Below the pieces are notes generated by a model that was not told the DNA's origin, made no database searches, and worked only from the letters and a program-made list of their open reading frames with translations. Of a stretch of DNA of 5,887 nt, positions 3,435 through 5,887 are shown one piece after another; positions within the stretch are counted from its first letter, which is position 1, and the number at the start of each line of letters is the position of its first letter. Source of the stretch: a virus. Location of the stretch: positions 1 through 5,887 of the IMG/VR virus record IMGVR_UViG_3300045988_002166; one strand, written 5' to 3'. The position numbers and the translations under genes are program-made.

Positions 3435-4454
3435 TTAAAGTGTCCCTTTCTTCTTCATCTGCTTCTTTATCACTCTCTCTTTCGTTTTGCACTGATCTGC
3501 AAAGTCTGCATTTTCGTACTTTAGTCGGTTTTCTGCTATGGCCGCTGCTTGTCTGTTCTGTTTAATTCTCCACAATCTTTGTGGGTTTTCCGCTTCCATC
3601 ATTTTTTCATAATAACGTGGAATTTGTGCGCGTTTGCCGTTTGTGCATTGGATATACCCTTGTTTCCAGATTTCTGCTTTGTGTTCTTGATAGTAGTGAT
3701 CTCCTAGACCTGGCTTAAGGCTCATACATGCAAAAGGTTTTTGTTGCCCTAGTTCGTAGTATGCGTTTGCTTTTTGACCGTCAATTTCGTACATCTTTTT
3801 TGTAACGTACCCTGCAACATATCTATATGTTGCTGGTACTGCTTGTGCTATTTGTATTTGACCCATGCCCCATAGGTCTGCCAGCCATTTACTCGTGAAA
3901 TATCCGTTGTGTTGTATCTTGTATAGGTGCTCTAGGTCTGTTGGTCTCCATCCATATAGAATCATATGGTAATGCGGCCTTGCCGTCTGTTCTCCGTATT
4001 CTCCCGCTACGAAATAGCGTAATTTGCCTCTATAAGCCTTCCTGAGGCGTTTTAAGAACTTTTGAACGTCAGTATATAGTAATGTTTGGACGCTTTCTGG
4101 ACGCTTCTCTCCCGGTTTCCAGACGTATTGCACTTTTCTCATGATTTCGCCTGTGTTTACAATCATTCCTGGTACGTGTTCATCGTCATAGGTTAACGTT
4201 ATAAACCAAACTTCTTCTCTTGGATAGTCTCGTGCTTCTAATTCTATTCGTGTTGTCCAGTCCTCCCTTTGTCTGATTCTGCATCCGATGCATTGCCCGC
4301 ATGGTATCAACATTACATCTTTTCTATACATTAAATCTTCATACTTTAGCTGTTTTCCCGCTAACTGAGAAAAGCGGGAGAGTGAATACACCCTCCCGCT
4401 AATGTTTTTGTCGTTAGGGTTGTACAGCCGTATTAACGGTTTGTAACAACTCAC
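3435..4454 (-). CDS. VP4: Rolling-circle replication initiator protein VP4 (HUH endonuclease, phiX174 gpA-like), 339 aa
   Basis: The sequence shows MSCYKPL... and the N-terminal Cys cluster PCGQCIGCRIRQREDW. It carries RCR motif 1 FITLTYDD, motif 2 (HUH) RPHYHMILYGW, and motif 3 with two tyrosines, YRYVAGYVTKK (compare phiX174 A protein YVAKYVNK). The start is GTG 4454-4452, overlapping the VP2 TGA (GTGA), with a GGTGAT SD-like element 8 nt upstream. Confidence 0.95.
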   Translation of the reverse strand: MSCYKPLIRLYNPNDKNISGRVYSLSRFSQLAGKQLKYEDLMYRKDVMLIPCGQCIGCRIRQREDWTTRIELEARDYPREEVWFITLTYDDEHVPGMIVNTGEIMRKVQYVWKPGEKRPESVQTLLYTDVQKFLKRLRKAYRGKLRYFVAGEYGEQTARPHYHMILYGWRPTDLEHLYKIQHNGYFTSKWLADLWGMGQIQIAQAVPATYRYVAGYVTKKMYEIDGQKANAYYELGQQKPFACMSLKPGLGDHYYQEHKAEIWKQGYIQCTNGKRAQIPRYYEKMMEAENPQRLWRIKQNRQAAAIAENRLKYENADFADQCKTKERVIKKQMKKKGTL

Positions 4455-5287
4455 TTTTTAACATCACCGCCTTTTCCACCGTGCGTTGCTCCGGCTTTAC
4501 TTTTGTGTGTTTTGCTTCCTTCTGGTACGTTTTTTTCAATTGCTTTGCTTGTGTCGTCTCCGATTCCGGTTAGTGTTTTCATCAGTCCGTAGGGTGTCAT
4601 TTGCGTTGTGCTTAGCATTTGTTGCCAGCTTTGTGCCGCGTTGTACCAGTCGCTTTTGCTCCAGCTGCTGCTTTCGTATGCGTTAGGTACAAATCCACCG
4701 CTTCGGCTTACTCCTAGTGCGCTGCTGCTTGCAAGTCCCATACTTGCCCCACTGATTGTTCCTGCACTTCCTCCCGGTGTGCTTGCGCCGCCGTTTGCGA
4801 ATGCTAAGATAGGGTTAAGCCCTGCTTTTTTCATGTCCTCAACGGCTCGCTGGTACGCTGTGCTTGACATGTGCTCTTGCCAGTTCCTGTTTGCTAGTGC
4901 TTCTGCGCTGTTGTAGTTCATTGCTACACTGTTTTCGATGTGGTTGTATACGCCTTGCATGATTGCTTGTAGTGTGTTATAGCCCATCTGTTTTAACATA
5001 CTCTGGCTGTTGTATTTGCCTTGCATGGCTGCTTCTTGTCCTTGGTATGCGTATGCCTGTTTTAGCCAGTCATTGACTTGCTGTACGTTGGTACCCGATT
5101 GACTTCCGCTTTCGGAGTGTCCGCCGCCTTGGCTTGTGCTGCCGCCGCTACTTTGGCTATTTCCTGTCTGTCCCCATCCGCCAAATGCTCCGGCTATGTT
5201 TTTAGCTGCTCCTGCAAAGGTTCCGATTGTGTTTGCTACGTTTCCCGCTACGTTTAGTGCTGTTAAGAGTCCAGATAGTCCACTCAT
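4451..5287 (-). CDS. VP2: Minor capsid / DNA pilot protein VP2, 278 aa
   Basis: The central block NRNWQEHMSSTAYQRAVEDMKKAGLNPILAF matches the conserved gokushovirus VP2 motif (N...W.E.MS.TAYQR.V.DMK.AGLNPIL), recalled from memory. The N-terminus is hydrophobic and Gly-rich, and there are Gly/Ser low-complexity segments. The position directly after VP1 fits. Confidence 0.9.
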   Translation of the reverse strand: MSGLSGLLTALNVAGNVANTIGTFAGAAKNIAGAFGGWGQTGNSQSSGGSTSQGGGHSESGSQSGTNVQQVNDWLKQAYAYQGQEAAMQGKYNSQSMLKQMGYNTLQAIMQGVYNHIENSVAMNYNSAEALANRNWQEHMSSTAYQRAVEDMKKAGLNPILAFANGGASTPGGSAGTISGASMGLASSSALGVSRSGGFVPNAYESSSWSKSDWYNAAQSWQQMLSTTQMTPYGLMKTLTGIGDDTSKAIEKNVPEGSKTHKSKAGATHGGKGGDVKK

Positions 5288-5315
5288 TTAAAAATAGCCC
5301 GGGTTTTGCCCGGGC
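5288..5315 (-). terminator. Intrinsic terminator-like hairpin (attenuator) between VP1 and VP2
   Basis: The minus strand reads GCCCGGG-caaaa-CCCGGGC (5315-5297; 7-bp all-GC stem, 5-nt loop) followed by TATTTTTAA and then the VP2 ATG (5287). The only SD (AAAGGAGGA, 5325-5317) lies upstream of the hairpin. Confidence 0.55.
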
Positions 5316-5326
5316 ATCCTCCTTTC

Positions 5327-5887
5327 TTACAGTTTATACAAGCCCGGTACGCTGTATAGTGGCATCCGTCTTGTGGTTTTGTTCGCTATGCGGATAGCGC
5401 CGAAAAATTGCGGCTCATCCTGCACGACGAGTGTGCGTGCAATTTCGGTCTTGCCTTCTTCCATCCATTCTTGCGACAGTGTTGGTACGGTTGAATAATT
5501 GTCTGCGTAGTGCCAGAAATCCAACGTGCCTGTTGCGTTGCTTCGCATGAGGCCGCTTACCCGGTTTGGTTTCATTCGGTAGTCCGCCCAGGCTTCCTGA
5601 TAGCCAAACGTTTCTTCGTCCGTTGCCGTGCCGGTCAACATGATTTCCTTTTTCTTTACAGGCTGCTCTCCCAGGTTTGCAAACTGTGGTACATAATAGT
5701 CGAGCCTGTCGCTTCTGCTCCAGAAACGTTCCAAGCCTTGCTGATAACTGCGATTATGTCGCACACAACAGACACCAATTACAAACCCGTGTTCTTCAAA
5801 AGATTTGGTAAAAGAGCTTTCGTTTATCGGCGTTACTGACATTGCACCAGTTTCGCCCAGCGGTGACTTATCGTTTGCCGCTGTCTG
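5327..5887 (-). CDS. VP1: Major capsid protein VP1, 3-prime part (5833-5887 duplicates 1-55)
   Basis: Track ORF 5327..5842 stays open upstream to 5887 and is in frame with 1..1168 (position 1 = 5833). Length is 1168 + 506 nt = 1,674 nt = 557 codons + TAA (5329-5327). C-terminal motifs FGYQEAWADYRMKPNRVSGLMRS and LDFWHYADNY are typical of gokushovirus-type VP1. Confidence 0.96.
   Translation of the reverse strand, partial: QTAANDKSPLGETGAMSVTPINESSFTKSFEEHGFVIGVCCVRHNRSYQQGLERFWSRSDRLDYYVPQFANLGEQPVKKKEIMLTGTATDEETFGYQEAWADYRMKPNRVSGLMRSNATGTLDFWHYADNYSTVPTLSQEWMEEGKTEIARTLVVQDEPQFFGAIRIANKTTRRMPLYSVPGLYKL
5833..5887. repeat. Terminal redundancy, right copy (circular-contig overlap)
   Basis: Identical to 1-55. 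It lies inside the VP1 coding sequence, so it is not a biological terminal repeat. Confidence 0.97.

Larger units (their letters stand above)
1..5832 (-). mobile_element. Complete circular ssDNA phage genome unit (Microviridae, Gokushovirinae-like), 5,832 nt, given as the reverse complement of the coding strand
   Basis: Positions 1-55 equal 5833-5887. The VP1 reading frame closes in frame across that junction. The full microvirus gene set (VP1, VP2, VP3, VP4, VP5-like, small basic protein) lies on one strand. Confidence 0.9.

Noticed and set aside
3371-3565. Plus-strand 64-aa ORF starting in the intergenic region and running antisense into the Rep 3-prime end
   Set aside because: It is antisense to Rep and crosses the terminator hairpin. 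It has a low-complexity Ser/Leu product and no SD.
5288-5317. 9-codon mini-ORF MPGQNPGYF spanning the VP1-VP2 hairpin
   Set aside because: Its ATG directly abuts the SD with no spacing, so initiation is unlikely. It is noted only as a formal alternative in the VP1-VP2 junction finding.
62-5839. Plus-strand ORFs from the track lying inside minus-strand genes: 62-259, 833-1033, 1440-1649, 1562-2044, 2220-2435, 2332-2547, 4486-4686, 4608-4916, 5510-5839
   Set aside because: Each lies antisense to a well-supported minus-strand gene. Their products are Cys/Leu/Phe/Arg-rich, as expected for antisense shadow frames, and none has a convincing SD. Microviridae encode all genes on one strand.

Overview
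This window holds one complete, circularly permuted genome of a small ssDNA phage of the family Microviridae, with a Gokushovirinae-like gene set. It is shown as the reverse complement of the coding strand. Positions 1-55 are identical to 5833-5887, so the real unit is a 5,832-nt circle. The major capsid gene (VP1, 557 aa) is split across the window ends: 1168->1 joins in frame to 5832->5327. Every credible gene is on the minus strand, tightly packed, and most have strong Shine-Dalgarno sites. The order along the coding strand is: near-consensus sigma70/sigmaA-type promoter (2903-2875), 65-aa orphan, Peptidase_M15-type cell-wall hydrolase, 39-aa orphan, 74-aa orphan, 33-aa very basic J/ORF8-like protein (absent from the ORF track), VP5-like protein, VP3 scaffold, VP1 capsid, GC hairpin attenuator, VP2 pilot/minor capsid, VP4 rolling-circle Rep, and a hairpin terminator (3423-3381). 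About 480 nt (2904-3380) lie between the terminator and the promoter, and this non-coding stretch is the most unusual part of the window. It contains eight same-orientation copies of TTTCAACA in two clusters, a DnaA-box-like TTTTCCACA, a 21-bp-stem GC-rich alternating purine/pyrimidine hairpin, a tandem 9-mer, several GGCGC/AGCGCC hairpins, and a perfect TATAAT. All plus-strand ORFs in the track look like antisense shadows. Family assignments come from motif recognition by eye; no searches were run.
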